A stretch of DNA of 63,109 bases, filler included, from Rhabdomonas costata (taxonomy: Eukaryota), in assembly GCA_019059605.1 (NCBI GenBank). It is 29 parts of 29 records of this genome, joined end to end, with 100 filler letters (N's around TTAATTAATTAA, not from the genome) between each part and the next. Parts side by side here need not be neighbours in the genome. Positions count along the whole stretch, not along the records: positions 23,997 to 26,077 come from JAHMHO010005813.1; positions 26,178 to 28,257 come from JAHMHO010005814.1; positions 28,358 to 30,436 come from JAHMHO010005815.1; positions 30,537 to 32,616 come from JAHMHO010005816.1; positions 32,717 to 34,798 come from JAHMHO010005817.1; positions 34,899 to 36,978 come from JAHMHO010005818.1; positions 37,079 to 39,152 come from JAHMHO010005819.1; positions 39,253 to 41,327 come from JAHMHO010005820.1; 21 more parts are not named here. One strand, given 5' to 3'. Positions 25,247-39,557 of this stretch are shown piece after piece. How positions within the stretch are numbered: position 1 is the first letter of the stretch; the number at the start of each line of letters is the position of its first letter. The translations under genes and the position numbers were made by a program. The notes beneath the pieces were generated by a model. That model saw nothing but the letters and a program-made list of their open reading frames with translations. It did no database searches and was not told the origin of the DNA.

Positions 25247-28200
25247 TGTGTGGTTTTGTATTATCTCTTCATCAAAAAGCGCGCGCGTTGTGAGGTGGAC
25301 TCATGCGAACCCAGCCTCAGTGCAAGCACAAAGCGTGATTTTTTTTTGCGGTGGTGCGTCACGCGTTATCTTGGTGCTCTTCACATTAGTACATTAGTGC
25401 AGTCCCTGGTGGGGTCGTTCAGGTGTGCCCATCCGCTCGTCTGCGAGCACTCTGGAGGTGCCGTTTTCGAGGTACAGCACCGCTGCACTAGTCGTTGGCA
25501 GTGTAATGATGGCCCTGTGGGTGCTTCGCCGGACGCGCTGGTGAAGGGTCGCACAGGAATCCTACTTAGGTTCATTGCTGCTGTGGAAGTCGGACAGTCT
25601 TTGATTTGGAGACAGGCTGTTGTTCTGACCGCACTGGAGTCCAGACTGCACTCACTGTACACTTTGCACTGTTGTTGCGTTTGTCTCTCCAGGCTTCGGT
25701 CGTTTTTTTACGGAATGGGCGCTTGCTGCAATCCTCTGGGACTGACCGCGTTTTAGTGGCCAAGTAGGCGCTTACAATGCTTTACCTGATAAATTTGGCG
25801 GTTTTAAAGATTCCCAGATTGGGGATGGATAGGTTTAAACCTGTTGCCGAAGCGTTCAAGCCTTCACCGAATGTTCCAAGTGTGCAGTTCTTTTATTGGT
25901 GCAAATGATGGATTTGTGTCCCCGCAGAGATTTCTTTGAAAGTTCTAAGCCTCGCCCCAATCAGTGTTGATTTTGTTTCCTTTAATGGCTGAGACCGTTG
26001 CCTCGGAGGGGCCCACCCAAGGCTCCGCGGAGGAACCCACCCCGGGGTCCGCACCGGCGCGCGAGGACCCCCCACACNNNNNNNNNNNNNNNNNNNNNNN
26101 NNNNNNNNNNNNNNNNNNNNNTTAATTAATTAANNNNNNNNNNNNNNNNNNNNNNNNNNNNNNNNNNNNNNNNNNNNGGGTTTGGTCCTTACAAGAGTCA
26201 CACACACACACACACCCGCCCTGTCCCTTTGAACAAGTTGGTGCAAGTTATCATCATCATTTTTCACTGTGAGCAGTGGCGTGGTGATCGGTCCCTTGCC
26301 TTCTGTCCTGAAAAGACAATTCCCGTGATCGTGGGAGTTCGCCAAACTACTTCCAAGCCGGTTGCTTTTGTGGTATGCTGCGTGTGGCATCCTCAAAATA
26401 GGCTTTGGACTATTTGTAGGCCTCCTGCGTGCCGGTGCACCTTTGACTGGATCGAATGCAACGTGACCTGGACCTGGTATCTTCCATTTGTTCGTCCCAC
26501 GGTGCCCTGGACAATTTGCAGTTTTGTACTCCCCTTCCCCACCCGTGTGTCTCGCAACTTCTCTGCAGCAAAAAATCTTTTGGTGGTGCTTCGCTCAAAA
26601 CCCTCTGCCCTCAAGCGCTTTCTGTGCACTTGTGGCATTTCCTTATGGGTTGCGGGTTGTCTTCGTTTCACCTTCTCATGTCATGCCGTACCGTACCATA
26701 CCTGATCTCCACAACGCAACCCCCTCATGTCATGAGCCCTTCTAGCCACCAATGCCTCTCCATAGTTTTGACGTTGTACATTCATTGGCCGTGTGCTTGT
26801 TCCTCAGCAAAGTCAAATAGAGATCGAAAGTGAACACCACAGAGTCATATCCTATGCGTGCACGCTTGCTTGCGTGACCTCATGATCCCTTTCACCGCAA
26901 TTTTTTGCCCCATCGCCGCGCACAGGGACGCACGCCGTCCTGTCTCCCTTGTTGCCACCAGACTTGTGCTGATGGGGAATGATTCCCACCCGTTGATCGT
27001 TGTGCATACGTGGGGCCCTCGGCGCTTAGATCCAAAAAACACAGATTTTGGACATTAAGCCTCTGCTCCACGCCTTGTTCCGCCCCGCCCCATCACCACA
27101 CAGGTTTATTCGAATGGGGACCTGTACAAACCTGTGCTGCACCCTTGCAACCTTGGTGCATCTCCTGTTTTGCATAACATGCGTGCATTCCCCTGTCGAT
27201 GCGGCACTCAGTCCTCTTGGAATTGGTGGGGATGCTCCCCTCTCCCTCTGACCCTCCCGCCTCAAATCGTTATGTGGTGTGCGTTTTTGTTGATCGCAGC
27301 CCTTCTCCCTCTGCGGGTCCTCGCCCGATTTCTGTTAAGTGTGCAAAAATGCTTTTTCTGTCTGCACCACGGCTTGATGCACACTTAGACGTCTGGCGCG
27401 TATGGGTTTTGTGTGTACCGAGCATACTACCCTGGGCTGATATGAGCAATCGGGAGGGCCATTGCTGAGCTGACACAGGTGTAAAAAGCGGTAGCTTCGT
27501 GAAGTCCAGAAGGTGCTGCAAAATGCATACAGATACAATGTAGATTAAACACAGCCTTTCAGCTCAGTTCCCTCGGCACCAACATGACTCGGATGGTTTC
27601 AGACTCTTGGACATCGGGCATCCTGCACCACCTGCGGACGGGAAAAGACCACCAGCTTGGAGCCTAAACCCAACGCAAACTGCTGCGGCACCACCCTCCA
27701 GGGGGTCGTCTGGATTAGGCCAATTTTGAGGGGGCCGTTCTGGATCGGTGCAAAAATGCTTGATGAACCCTCGGGCTGGGTTCCCGCGCTGCAGAATCAG
27801 GCAATTCCGCTGCCCACACCACTCTTGAGCTTCACGCAGGGATTAGAGCGCTGAGAGCTGGGTTCACAATTGCTGATCAGCAGTGTTCCTCACGCAGGAG
27901 GAAGTAGTTCCCAGACGCACTTAGCTAGTTTCGGTGAGTTCCAACGACCCGGACACTTTGCCCTTTCCAATGCCTTTGGCATTCGGGGAGCCCGTAAATG
28001 GGGTCCCATGATACCCCGGCCCTTTACCTTTTCCTATACCTTTTGCACTCCCACGCGGCAATGCCCCGGAGGAAAGGCGTTCGCTTTTTTCTTCGCTTGC
28101 CCATTATCTTCGCGCAGGGGAACCGTAAACATGACCGTGCCCTTCAGTTTTAAAACAAGACAGGAAAACTTGAGACAAGTATTAAAGATCGCCGCACTTT

Positions 28201-29399
28201 TTCCAGAAGCAGGTTCAAATCTGAAGGGCACGGTCATGTTTACGGTTCCCCCCCACANNNNNNNNNNNNNNNNNNNNNNNNNNNNNNNNNNNNNNNNNNN
28301 NTTAATTAATTAANNNNNNNNNNNNNNNNNNNNNNNNNNNNNNNNNNNNNNNNNNNNGGTTTTGGTTGTTCCTCCTCCTGTCGTCGAAGCTTCACCGCCC
28401 AAGGATTTCAAGGAAAGGCCTTCTGGGAGCGATGCTTTCTTGCCCAGTCGTCGCTCGAAACGGAATGTTGATGCAAATGTTGATCCCCCGCTCTGGGAGG
28501 AATCCAGTTCGATGCTTGTTCAGAACGCAGGTTCACCCCCCAATGGGACACGCAGGGACTGGGAATACCTCACTTTCAAATCCTTGAAAGGGGAACTGTC
28601 AACAAGGGGAGGATTTATCTGTGACCCTTGAAAATGTGGGGGTTGAGCATTGAAAAACACATCTTTCCTTCGGGCGAAGGAAAATTTCTTCGTCTTGGAC
28701 CCACCTTCACCCTGGACCTTTCCCTCTGGGAGCCGACGTTCGCCTTGAACAGTCATGGATTCAGGGGTACAAGACGGCGAGCCTGCAGCCCTTTTCAGCC
28801 TGTTTGTTTTGCTCGTATTTGAACTGGACGGAGCCTGTGCCCGGCGAAGCTCCGATTCCAAGTCTTCATAACTTGAGAGCCCAGTGTCTTGCTTGGGAAG
28901 GATGCGCTCATGGCGCACTTTCTGCTGACGCTTTTGCTTAGCCGGGGAAATGGGGGCTGTTCCTGTTCCTGGACCCTGCTCGCTGCTCCCCAAAATCCCC
29001 ACACGAGCGTCCATGAGTTGCTTTTTATGGCTTTTCCAAGCCTTTTTTTTGTGTTCAAAGGCTTCTCTTGGGCTCTGAAACGCCGTCATTGTGGTCCGGT
29101 CTGCGGCCAACTGGTTCATGGCCTGAAACAGGTCACACAGTTCCTTAAACTGGCGCTCCGTTGTACCCGAAGGCTCTCTGCAGCACAAGGCCACCTGTGA
29201 GGAGGCCGAAAACTTCGCGGCCAGGTGGAGAACGTCCTGAAAACCCCACCTTCACCGCTCAAAAGAGGAAGCAGAAAATTACATGAAGGAAAAAAAAGCA
29301 AAAATTCGAAACTAAGGCACAGTAATTGGTGTTAACAAGCCATTTGATTCTTGTGTTGCACGGTAAGCTTCTCAAAAGGGCCCATTTGCGTCACCATTG

Positions 29400-30200
29400 C
29401 GTCACCACAACACGATAATGGCTTGATGCAGCACATCGAAAAATTTCTATGTCCAACACTGGTTTGCATTTTTCACACAGAATTCAGCATCATGCCTCGG
29501 GACTTTCAGGTGCATCATCGGAGGCAACCGGGATAACCGGTACAACGGCTGAGACAGAGGGTTCACTGTCGTGGATGTCCCGGGAGTGATGCAGGGCATG
29601 GCCCCATCTCTGTCATGAAACCCAGGAAAAAAGGGATAGGAAGGAGCTTGCAGCATCGAGTCGCTACAATGCATAGAAAGCAAAGAAGCCAAGCCTCTCG
29701 ACGAGGAATTGATATATCTCCTTTAATTAATGCTGAGAGTCATGTTGAGAGTAATAGGGCGGATAACCCAGAAAAGAACTGAGCATCGCACTGGCCACCA
29801 CACACCCCGGGAGGCCAAAACTTCAGCATTGTTGCGCCTCAAATCCGCAATATTTCGCGTAGTAGTTGAAAGAAGATCAGAACGAATGTGATCTGCTGAT
29901 AAGAAAGACTGGAGGGGCTAGTTCATCAAAACCACACCGGGAAGTGCAGCAAAGGATCGCAAAGACACACACACACCACGGAGTGCGCTGTATGTAACCG
30001 GAGAAGTCGCGCTCCTTTCGGCCGAAGCAGAAAGACGAGCATACGGCTTCAAGTCATGCGAAATTTGTGGCAGCGCAAAAAGATGAAGCCACAACAAAAG
30101 GCTATGATAAAAATCTCTGTGATGGACAAGATGAAAACGCATTGCAGATAAAGTCCTCAACAGTTGCCCAAATGCGCACAACTGCGCATATCACACCGGT
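29400..30200 (-). mobile_element. Possible decayed non-LTR retrotransposon C-terminal region (CRE/SLACS-like)
   Basis: Broken-frame segments LLLWLHLFALPQISHDLK, PLSQPLYRLSRLP and CEKCKPVLD..FRC resemble the post-RT and C..C...D..H..C motifs. Many stops and frameshifts. Confidence 0.25.
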
Positions 30201-33200
30201 GCCAGTACAAGAAATGCAAAGGGGGGGACGGAGAGATTCTTTATAAACGTAATAATCCCCGTCCTTGACCTATAAAGAGACATTAGAGATTATTGAGCTT
30301 TATTTTCATCTTTTGCTTGACCCCTTGATCAGATCAGATCAGATCGTCAACGTTTAGCTCTTTTGTTTTTCGCCGAAAGTTGTCCTGGCTGCATCGCTTG
30401 GAAAAACTTACTGCCTCGATATTCCCTGGTTGTCAANNNNNNNNNNNNNNNNNNNNNNNNNNNNNNNNNNNNNNNNNNNNTTAATTAATTAANNNNNNNN
30501 NNNNNNNNNNNNNNNNNNNNNNNNNNNNNNNNNNNNTAATGGAGATGCTTGGATCTTCAATTGTGCGTTCATTATCACACAATTCATAAGAGTGCACGAC
30601 AGAAGGGCCGGCGTCGCGAGCCTTCCGCACACAAGCACACGCCGAAACCAGGAACAGACCAGCCCCTCGCCCCTGTGGGTGCGTGTATGCAAGCATGCAG
30701 CAGCAGAAGTATGCGTGTAACGGTGGTATTACTGTTTCTTCGAGTCCCCGCTCCTCCTCCAGGTACAAAGGACAGGCGACACTCTCCGAGGCAATCATGA
30801 TGAGAGGCTCCACTTCGAAGCTCAGCGGAGAGCTGTGCACGCGCAACACACTAAGAGTACACCCCAAAAGAGGAATTAAATACTAAAGCAACGAGAGTGA
30901 AAAATGACAAAGCAACTTCATCAAGCATCCACCGCGGCGCGCCACAACGCAACACAACACACCGGCCTCAAAGCCTCAAACCCAGCGTCTGCAAGATGCG
31001 GCTGGCAACCTTACACACATCACAGCTGCTTTTTGGTCACTCGATTAGGCGGTGGGCTGATCTGATATCAACATCCCCTTAGAGGGCCTCAAGCAGGAGG
31101 TAGGTTTGGGTGACTCGTAATTGCTCCCCAACCCAAGATTGACCTTGCATTGGCTCCCAGAATTTTCCAGCAAGCAACTTCGCGCTGGCAAGTTACATCC
31201 TTACAGAGCTTCTCGCTGGTGAATTTTCTCTTTTGTATTTGCATTTGCTTTTTTTTGCACGTCGACCCCACCCCTTCTGCCACTTGGGTCTGATGACGTT
31301 CAGTTTCCGCAGTTCTGGATAGCTACCTCCACTGAGGCTCTCAATGAGATAAATGCAGGACCGCACGCAATCTCAGCGAGCATGAGCTCCAAGACACCAG
31401 CCTATCAAGAGACGCCCACTGACCCCGACCTCTCCAGCGCGGGGGGGGGAGCTCCAATTGCTTCTATTACTATGCCATTTAATCTTTGCAAACGCCCAAT
31501 GGCTCCATTTTTTGTTGTGCGCCACAGCCCATACTTACGTGTGCGCACCTAAGTTCTGCACGCGCATTCTCGTGACACGACAAGAAGCCCCTCTTTCCAC
31601 AGGTACCTCAGCTCTCCGCACACGCGGGGTTCAGTGTGGACCCTCGCGAAACGGAACTCCCGCGCGCCGCCGTGGCCCCGCAGTCCCGCCAGCAGAGCAG
31701 TGCGGCTCAGCTTGCAGCACAGGAAGGAAGGCCAGGGGGCGCTGCAAGGGTGCCGGGGCATCGCAAACTGCACAGCTACGGATCTGAACCGCAAGGGTTC
31801 ACAGCAACAGATGTGCGCGTGCCCGCGCATCACCGCCATGGCCGCCGCATTAGAGCTTTGGATAGATTGGTTACCGTGGTTTACCGCAGCGGCTCCAAAA
31901 CGTGCATGCGCTCAGACTGGTGCCGGTGTGTTTGCGTGGATCCATACAGCGACCATTTTGAGGAGTCCTTTCACTCAGTCATTCAAAACAACTGGAAAAT
32001 GACCACACAGAAGAAAAGCTGAAGCCACACAAAAACCGCTCTCATTGAGCTGCCGGAGTAAGAACTCCGAAAGTACGGAAATACGGAAGTCCCAAATACA
32101 CCGCACCTATCAATGAGCTCCTCATAACAGCACAGCACTGGGCTCTCCACGCCGATGCCCTTCAGGAAGTCCCGGACGAGGCCCTCCTCACCCTCCGGGG
32201 CCCCAGAGAAGGCCACCTGAAGGTAAGGTGCCATTTCCACCTCCAGGGGGTCCTCTGCAGAGCCACTGCGCCCCAGAACCTCAGACGGGCGCATCGACCG
32301 GTCCCCATCCGCCGCTTTCCTGCAAAACCACCACCAAAGCAGGTCAGGACATGTCCGCCCAAATTTGCATAAGCACCAAAGAGATCGTTCACCTACGTAT
32401 GTGGCCAGTTTTTCAGATTGCAAGTTTATTTGATTACACATCTTATAATTTGCCCGCGCCACCGTACAAGTGAGTGTCTCGAGAAATGCAGCGCTTTTTT
32501 TTTTGCAAGTGTCTTCGGTTGTCTACTGATAAGCCGAAATTGTGACATGATTCCTCCCCTGGTACGCGCCTTAATGGGGAGGGGGAAGATCAGGATTTCG
32601 GCTTATCAACAAACAANNNNNNNNNNNNNNNNNNNNNNNNNNNNNNNNNNNNNNNNNNNNTTAATTAATTAANNNNNNNNNNNNNNNNNNNNNNNNNNNN
32701 NNNNNNNNNNNNNNNNGTTTTGTTTGAATGTATTATTTATCATCTGCATTTTGATGTCCGTTGGTAATTACAACATCAAAATGCAGATGATAAATAATAC
32801 ATTCAATATCAAAACCTGCCCACATTCGGAGGAAAATGAGGAATCACATTTGAGACAATTGAGATTGGCACATTTGCTTGTCATCTGCAAACGCACGAGC
32901 ACGCTGATGAAACCGTTTTTCAAGCGGAGTAACAAAGGAGGATTGAACAAGAACTGTGGTTTCCAATGGTATATTCCAGTGCCACAGCTGACAAACAGCA
33001 TTTGTAAAGCAGGACTTCAAACATCATTATGCGTCTGCGGAAATGAATGTGAACAAGTAAGTTCATGAGTACAACACATTTGTGAGAGGTGCTGAAATCG
33101 ATAAGCCTTCACCACAAAGTGGCTTTTTTCAGTCTTAGACAATTGTGATTATCTTCCATCCTGTTAAACTGAGGATACAGCAAATGTGCGCCGCTAGAAC

Positions 33201-34692
33201 CCTTACAGATGTGGAGCTCTGTATGACTTAGAATGCCCGTTCAATCACCATGAAAATTGCATTGCACACGCTTCACATATTTGGAAGTGAGAAGCTATGT
33301 ACCGCAGTGTTTCTGGCATTCTGCCAGAACTTTGACCTAGTTGCTGAGGTGTACCTGATTGCAAGCCAAAATCATCACAAAACTGAGCAGGTACTATTCG
33401 GATGATCCGAAGAAACAATAGTCTAATTAGCCGCAGCAAGAGCTGTGCAATAAGAAATCCTCTGGCTGTGGAATACTCGTAACCTATACTTATCATGAGG
33501 GATAATCCGGAAGAACTGGAGTCTGGCCTACGAAGCCTTCAACTATAACTGAATACCAGATTAAATCATTTTTGCAAATACCACATGGTCCTTGTTGGAC
33601 AAGGTTCTTCAAATCCAGGTTGTTGACATGAGCAGTGCACTGCTAGTTGCACCGTAATGGACGAAATACTGATGGTATAAAAACTGAAATGATGACAATA
33701 GCACGTTGTTGCGCAGACATCAGTGGACAACTTTATCCTCGTGGATCAATTCTACAGCGCAGGAATAACATCATACGTAGAAAGGCATGCGCTGCTAATC
33801 TGCTGCCAGGCGCCTCTTCATCTTCACCTCTGACCACAAGAGTTAGGAATACAAGAGGGCCCACATATCTCCCCTGGTACACACATAGATTGGCATCAGT
33901 ATCTGGGTGCATCTGGTGGTTCATTAAGGCAAGCAGTCACGGAGTAGGGTATCATCCATTGCTGGCACATGCGGTAGGAATTCCTATTCACAATTACATC
34001 TGTATTCATGCGTATGGATAGTCTCAGGGTTGTGTGTGTGTACGCTTCTGTGCCATCCATCTTCTGTGGTTAAGATGTAGGCATAACGTGACTCATGCAT
34101 TCTTGGTTCTGGTTCCTCTCTTTATCTTCTTCTTGCCCTATTATGGTCCCAGCGCAGTGAGTGTTGTATCAGTAGGAATAGTAGCATGTGAGTGTAGCCA
34201 GCATGCGACCAAGAAGATATATCGGTCCGTTTAGCGTCCATCCATCACTCTTCTGCCATGGTTCGCTCCTCCACCATAATGTTTCTCCGTTCACTCAAAT
34301 CACTATCTACACGTGTCTCTACGCATTCTCTGTACCTCACATGCTCCGTTCTTGGCGTAGCCACATGGATATGCCTCACGTTGGGTTTAATCTCAACACC
34401 ACCCCCACTATTAAGTCTATCACTTATATTGCTGCCTCAGAAGCGCATATAATGATGGTACTCTGTAGCTGGATGCACCACTGCTATCTTGCCATATCCA
34501 CCCATAAAGTAGCAGTATGAGTCTCAGGTGTAGCGATGGTAGTGGGATCCACGCTCACACTACTACCACCAACCAACTCAGTGCGTACCAACTACTACCA
34601 CGGCATCGCACCATGTGTTTTTTGTATGCAAATTGTGTGTCAACTGTTTAAAAATGACCATGAACGACCAAGAGACGGATACAAAGACAGCG

Positions 34693-34798
34693 ACACCAAC
34701 ACCAACACCAACACCAACACCGACACCAACACCAACACCAACACCAACACCAACACCAACACCAACACCAACACCAACACCAACACCAACACCAACAC
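34693..34798 (+). repeat. Hexanucleotide microsatellite (ACCAAC)n, about 17 copies, running into the gap
   Basis: Seen directly. Confidence 0.97.
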
Positions 34799-35305
34799 NN
34801 NNNNNNNNNNNNNNNNNNNNNNNNNNNNNNNNNNNNNNNNNNTTAATTAATTAANNNNNNNNNNNNNNNNNNNNNNNNNNNNNNNNNNNNNNNNNNNNGT
34901 TTTGTGTGCAATCTGCTTTCTCTCTGCGTTTTTGGGGCCTTTTGAGCCTTTGTAAAGAGCATTTTCGACTTGGTTCAGCTGGATGAGGCCACCCAGTCTC
35001 AACGCGTGAGATTCAAGCCTCGACCTCAATGAAGTACCCACACACACTCAAACATTCTTGAGGGAGCCCGGATGCCCAGCTATGTGGGTGAGCCTCGGGG
35101 ACACCCCCCCCCCACCACCAGCAGCGAAAAGACTGTACTTGTACTGATCGCCTTACATAACCAAACATCATAAGACTAGAAACACCTTGGAAAGAGCAGC
35201 ATGGATTCTGCAGATGTTACTTGCCCAGCGGAAGGAAACGTGCAGGAACGGCTGGGTGAAGGGGAACCAGCTTACCCCCAACCTGAACCACCTCCGGTGA
35301 CACAG

Positions 35306-36388
35306 GTTCATACGAACGCCTACAAGGCCAAAGCCAAGCCCCGAAATCTGATCCTCATCCCCTCCGCGGAGATTCACTCGCTGTTCGCGCTGGAGGTCTC
35401 CTTCGGGGGCGAGCGCTCGTTGGGCGACGTGGGGTTCCTGACGGACTCCGACATCTCCGGGAGGGTGAACATGGGCGGCGTGGAGCGTGAGCTGCAGCCC
35501 TGCGTGCTGCTGGACTCCGCGTCGTACGGCGACTCTCTCGAGTATGGGGCCCTCCGAATGAGGGAGTTTAGGCGCACGCACGGGTTGAAGCATGATGCAC
35601 TTGGGCAATGCTTTGAGCTGTTCTGCGAAGGTTCTCCGGTGACTCTGTCAGGCTGTATGGGGCTGCATAGCAGCGGCAGCTGTCTCCATCCTTCATTCTG
35701 TTTGTGATCGTTTTCGTTTTTTCACACATACGCACATCCGCGCGAAGACAATTTCAAGAAAACCTAAGGTGGTCCTCCACTTCTTCAGGGAAATGAACCT
35801 GCACATGACAGCCACAGGGAAGAGCTTCGCACGCAGTCGGTTCCAGTAAGTACCTCGGTCCTCTTTCTTCGTATCCGCAATACTACCACTTTCTGACAGA
35901 TGCAATGCCCAGTAATGTGCAAAGTCAGAACGTGCCTGCGAAGGGCAGAAGGACTGGAAACCCGGCAGCAGCAGCGGCAAACCTTCGGGCAAGCATCCTG
36001 AAGTTGAGAATACAGCAGCTGCGTTCCTGCGGAGTCCCAGCGCTGCAGCCTGGAGAGGACGTTTCTACCCAACACCGTGTTAACTGGCAGTACGTTAGGA
36101 AGCGTTTCCCCGCCCTTCGTTTTCGTGCTTAGTGCGGAGATCACTCGGGTGAAGAACACGGCGTGGGACCAGTTTGCCACGAACGAGCGGCTGTTCAACT
36201 ACAAGTCCACCTGGGATGAGAACCTGTACACTACGCAGCTGGACCAGAGCAAGTTCTCCGAGGCCGCGCGGCGCAACGCCGACCGCATCGCCCGTGAGAT
36301 CGAGAAGGGCGATGCCGGGGACAACGTGCACATGCTCATGGAGCGCAACCGTCTGCCTGACCAGGACTACGATGAGGAGTTTCTGTAC
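35306..36388 (+). CDS. ATXN2: Ataxin-2/Pbp1 family protein (end of SM-ATX domain + LsmAD domain), partial
   Basis: Exons 35306-35541 (FLTDSDISG...ERELQP) and 36133-~36388 (WDQFATNERLFNYKSTWDENLYTTQLD...ADRIAREIE...HMLMERN...DEE), joined by a GT-AG intron. Confidence 0.9.
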
Positions 36389-39300
36389 GTACCCCCCTCT
36401 CCTCCCCTTCCAGGTTGGGCTTTTACCAGCGCTGTTCGAAACCCACGATTTCAACGGAAAACGACCGGAAACTTACCGGAAACCCACCGGACTTGCGGGG
36501 GTTAGGTTGCGATGCACCCACTCCTTGGGATTCCAATAAAAGCTGCGGGTTGCTGAGGGTTGGGTAGCGGTGCACGCGTCCTGCGATTCCGACAGATCAC
36601 TTGCAAGGGGTTAGGGATGCGGTACGCATGTCCCCATGTGTACCAGCGGGTATGAAATCGCCCCGCCCCAAAAATGTTGAAGTCTGCAGATCTTGCGGTA
36701 ACCCTTTGGACAACTGAGTATCATATTATCTGACCACGTCCCCCTTGAGCGACTGGATGCAGTGGAAGCCACCCGAAACCAGACCAAAGCTGATGTGCCC
36801 TGTAAAAAGAGGCTTGGTCAGCCGCACTGTACGACCTAATTTCCCACGCATCCAGTCTTTCGTTCAAATGTTTCCGCTTTGCTTTCAATTGTAGCGGCAT
36901 CGCTCCCTTTCCAACCAAAACCTGAGGTTCCGCTGCATAACACAGAGACCCTTCAAGACGGAAATGCACCCCCCCCACNNNNNNNNNNNNNNNNNNNNNN
37001 NNNNNNNNNNNNNNNNNNNNNNTTAATTAATTAANNNNNNNNNNNNNNNNNNNNNNNNNNNNNNNNNNNNNNNNNNNNCCGCCACCGACGGCCCGCCCGC
37101 AGGAGCTGCCCCACAGGACTCCCAGCAGCGATTCCAGCAGAACTACATCCGAAGTATGAAGGGTTGGGGGCCGCGGATTGCGGAATGTTCTTTTACACTT
37201 AAGCGAGTGGAGCGAATTGAGGAAAGAGCCCGCCTGCAGGACCGACTGATGTTTGACAGAGGAAGGCATCGGGACCTTTAAGGACTTGTTCCAACCGTAT
37301 AAAATGTTACCTGTTGTAGCCGTCACCACCCGCCCCAACGTCAGCACTGGCCTGAAAAATGGTGCAAGGTGGGACAGTGTGGAAAGGTGGAAAGCTTCTC
37401 GAAACCCAAATTCAAGTTGGTTGCAGGGGAGGTTGACGGAGGGACAGGAGGATGGGTGGAGGAAAATTGACTTCACCGGTAGGTTGAGGATTTCCGGTAG
37501 ATTGGGTTCACTTTAATATCTGCTGGAGGTATTCGGTAACGAGAAAACGTCATCTCGCGCCAAGAGTCCATTCGCGCATCCTCACCTCAAACCGAGTAGA
37601 GAAATACCGCTTGTGACCCTCCGCGAAGGTGCAGGACCTGCCAGCTGCCTTCCCTGGGAAAGACCGCCACAACAGATGCTCTTTATCTCTCTCTTTTTTT
37701 CCCAACAGATATCACGTGTTACTACTGTGGAGTCCTCGGGCACCGCATCGCGGAGTGTCCCAGCAGGCCAGGTCAGCAGCACATTTCATCCTTCATCGTT
37801 CCGTTAATGTATTGTTGAGAGTGATGCAATAGAAATCTAGGAGGCGCAGTCTCATCGATGTGCCCCATTCTTTCCTCTGTGATCTGCCAGGAATTCCACG
37901 GTTGGCGTTTCTCTGTTGCTTTTTGTTTTTGTGCGGTGACAGCACCACCGGCAAAATGTAGCGCAGCCGTGGTGTACAGTGGGCTGTGTTGGTGAAAGAG
38001 GCTTTAGCTTTTTGCGCGAAACATTGTGTGGTGCCTCTGCCTAAATTGGGGCTGCTGTCATTTGCTTAGGGCCAAGGCACTGATGGCGCGAACAGGGTTT
38101 CAACTTCCTGTTCCGTTGTCTGGAGGCTCTTCACAGCGCACCGAGCGCAGAGGCCTCTCTTTTCGCGTAGCCCCGTACGGGAAAACGGGGCTGACAGTGC
38201 GTGCACACTTTCTCACCGTGGCGTTTGTGATACAGCTCCTGTCGTGCACTTGGTTTTTTTTTTGCTGTTGTCGAGATGCAGGCCAGTCTTTTTTCATCCT
38301 TGCAATGCTTTTGTGAAAGCGCTGTCACCATTGCTGCTCGGTTCTGCTCTTCAAGCCGCTCAGCGCAGAAGCGAGATATATTTTTATAGAACCTGTCGCT
38401 ACAGCATCCCAAGAGCTATCAAGTCTTCAATCAAGTACCCCGTCTCATCCAGTGGTTTCTCGTTCCAACGCAGCGGCTCAGTTTCCGACGCGATGACGGC
38501 CTATCAATTGCATCTCAAGGCCCCTAAACTGCCAATGCACCCTGAGAATCAAAACCTATCAGCCGTTGTTCGCCGTGTACCGTCGAAAGTGAAGCATTGC
38601 CTTGGTGAGTCTGCTTTGTGAGAGACAATCGGCGTTTGCAACGTTGAGGACATCCTGGAAAAAGGTCTGGTCATTAAGAGGTCAGTGTTTCAATCCGGGG
38701 AAAGAAGGACTTTCTCGATGCGCGGAGGTGGCCCGCGCGTGACCCTTTGATTCATTGCGGTAAGTGCAGTTTTGTTTCGCTAATGATGCTGCTTATTTGT
38801 TTCTGAGACAAAAAAAGCAGTCGCACAAAAAAAGACGAGCACCGCAGGGCCCAGGCACACAAATCCCAGAAGTGGTTCCAACCACGTTTCGCCCGCTCGC
38901 TTATGCACTTGCACGTGTACTTGCCTACTTTTCTGCCATCTGCACTTTCCTTTAGCTCATTCTGGCTGTGCATTGCACCGCTTTTTGGAGCTTATTTTCC
39001 ATTTGCTTTCCGTCCCTCCCTCCTTCTGCGACAACCCCACCCCCCTCCTCTCCCTATCTTGCGGAAACCACAAACCCACTGATTAATTGATTAAATGTCA
39101 TCGGCCCCCCAAGACCTGCCGCTGGTGGCTCCTAGGGACCTACCCCAAAACCNNNNNNNNNNNNNNNNNNNNNNNNNNNNNNNNNNNNNNNNNNNNTTAA
39201 TTAATTAANNNNNNNNNNNNNNNNNNNNNNNNNNNNNNNNNNNNNNNNNNNNTTGTTTTTTGTAATTACGGGTGTATACCCTCCCTTGGGTGGGACAACA

Positions 39301-39557
39301 CGCTGTGCAAAGGGATACCAAGCGCCGTCGCGAGGGGGCAAGCGCCGGCCTCAGGTGAAAGGTGAGGAACACTTGACCCGACAGTCCCACACAGCGCGTG
39401 ATGAGCTCATTAATAATTTCTCTTTCTTTGAAGACTGATATGTCCTTGCTTCCACAAAAGGAAGTGTGCAAACGCTTGGACTTGTTTTTCTGGGATTTGA
39501 GGTTTAGCGCACTCAGTTCATTGCACAGGTTTCGTCTACTTTTTTATACCATTTCAG

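Noticed and set aside
28117-28251. 31-bp inverted repeat resembling transposon TIRs
   Set aside because: The right arm runs directly into the C/A contig end, so a fold-back artefact is as likely as a MITE. It cannot be supported without reads.
32724-32806. Perfect 34-bp hairpin
   Set aside because: It sits at the contig start beside the G/T primer remnant, the same fold-back pattern.
33650-34600. Possible reverse transcriptase remnant on the minus strand
   Set aside because: It has only a vague resemblance to YADD/LN..K spacing and is too degenerate to call.
34615-34798. TPTPTP / NTNTNT low-complexity ORFs
   Set aside because: These are translations of the (ACCAAC)n microsatellite.
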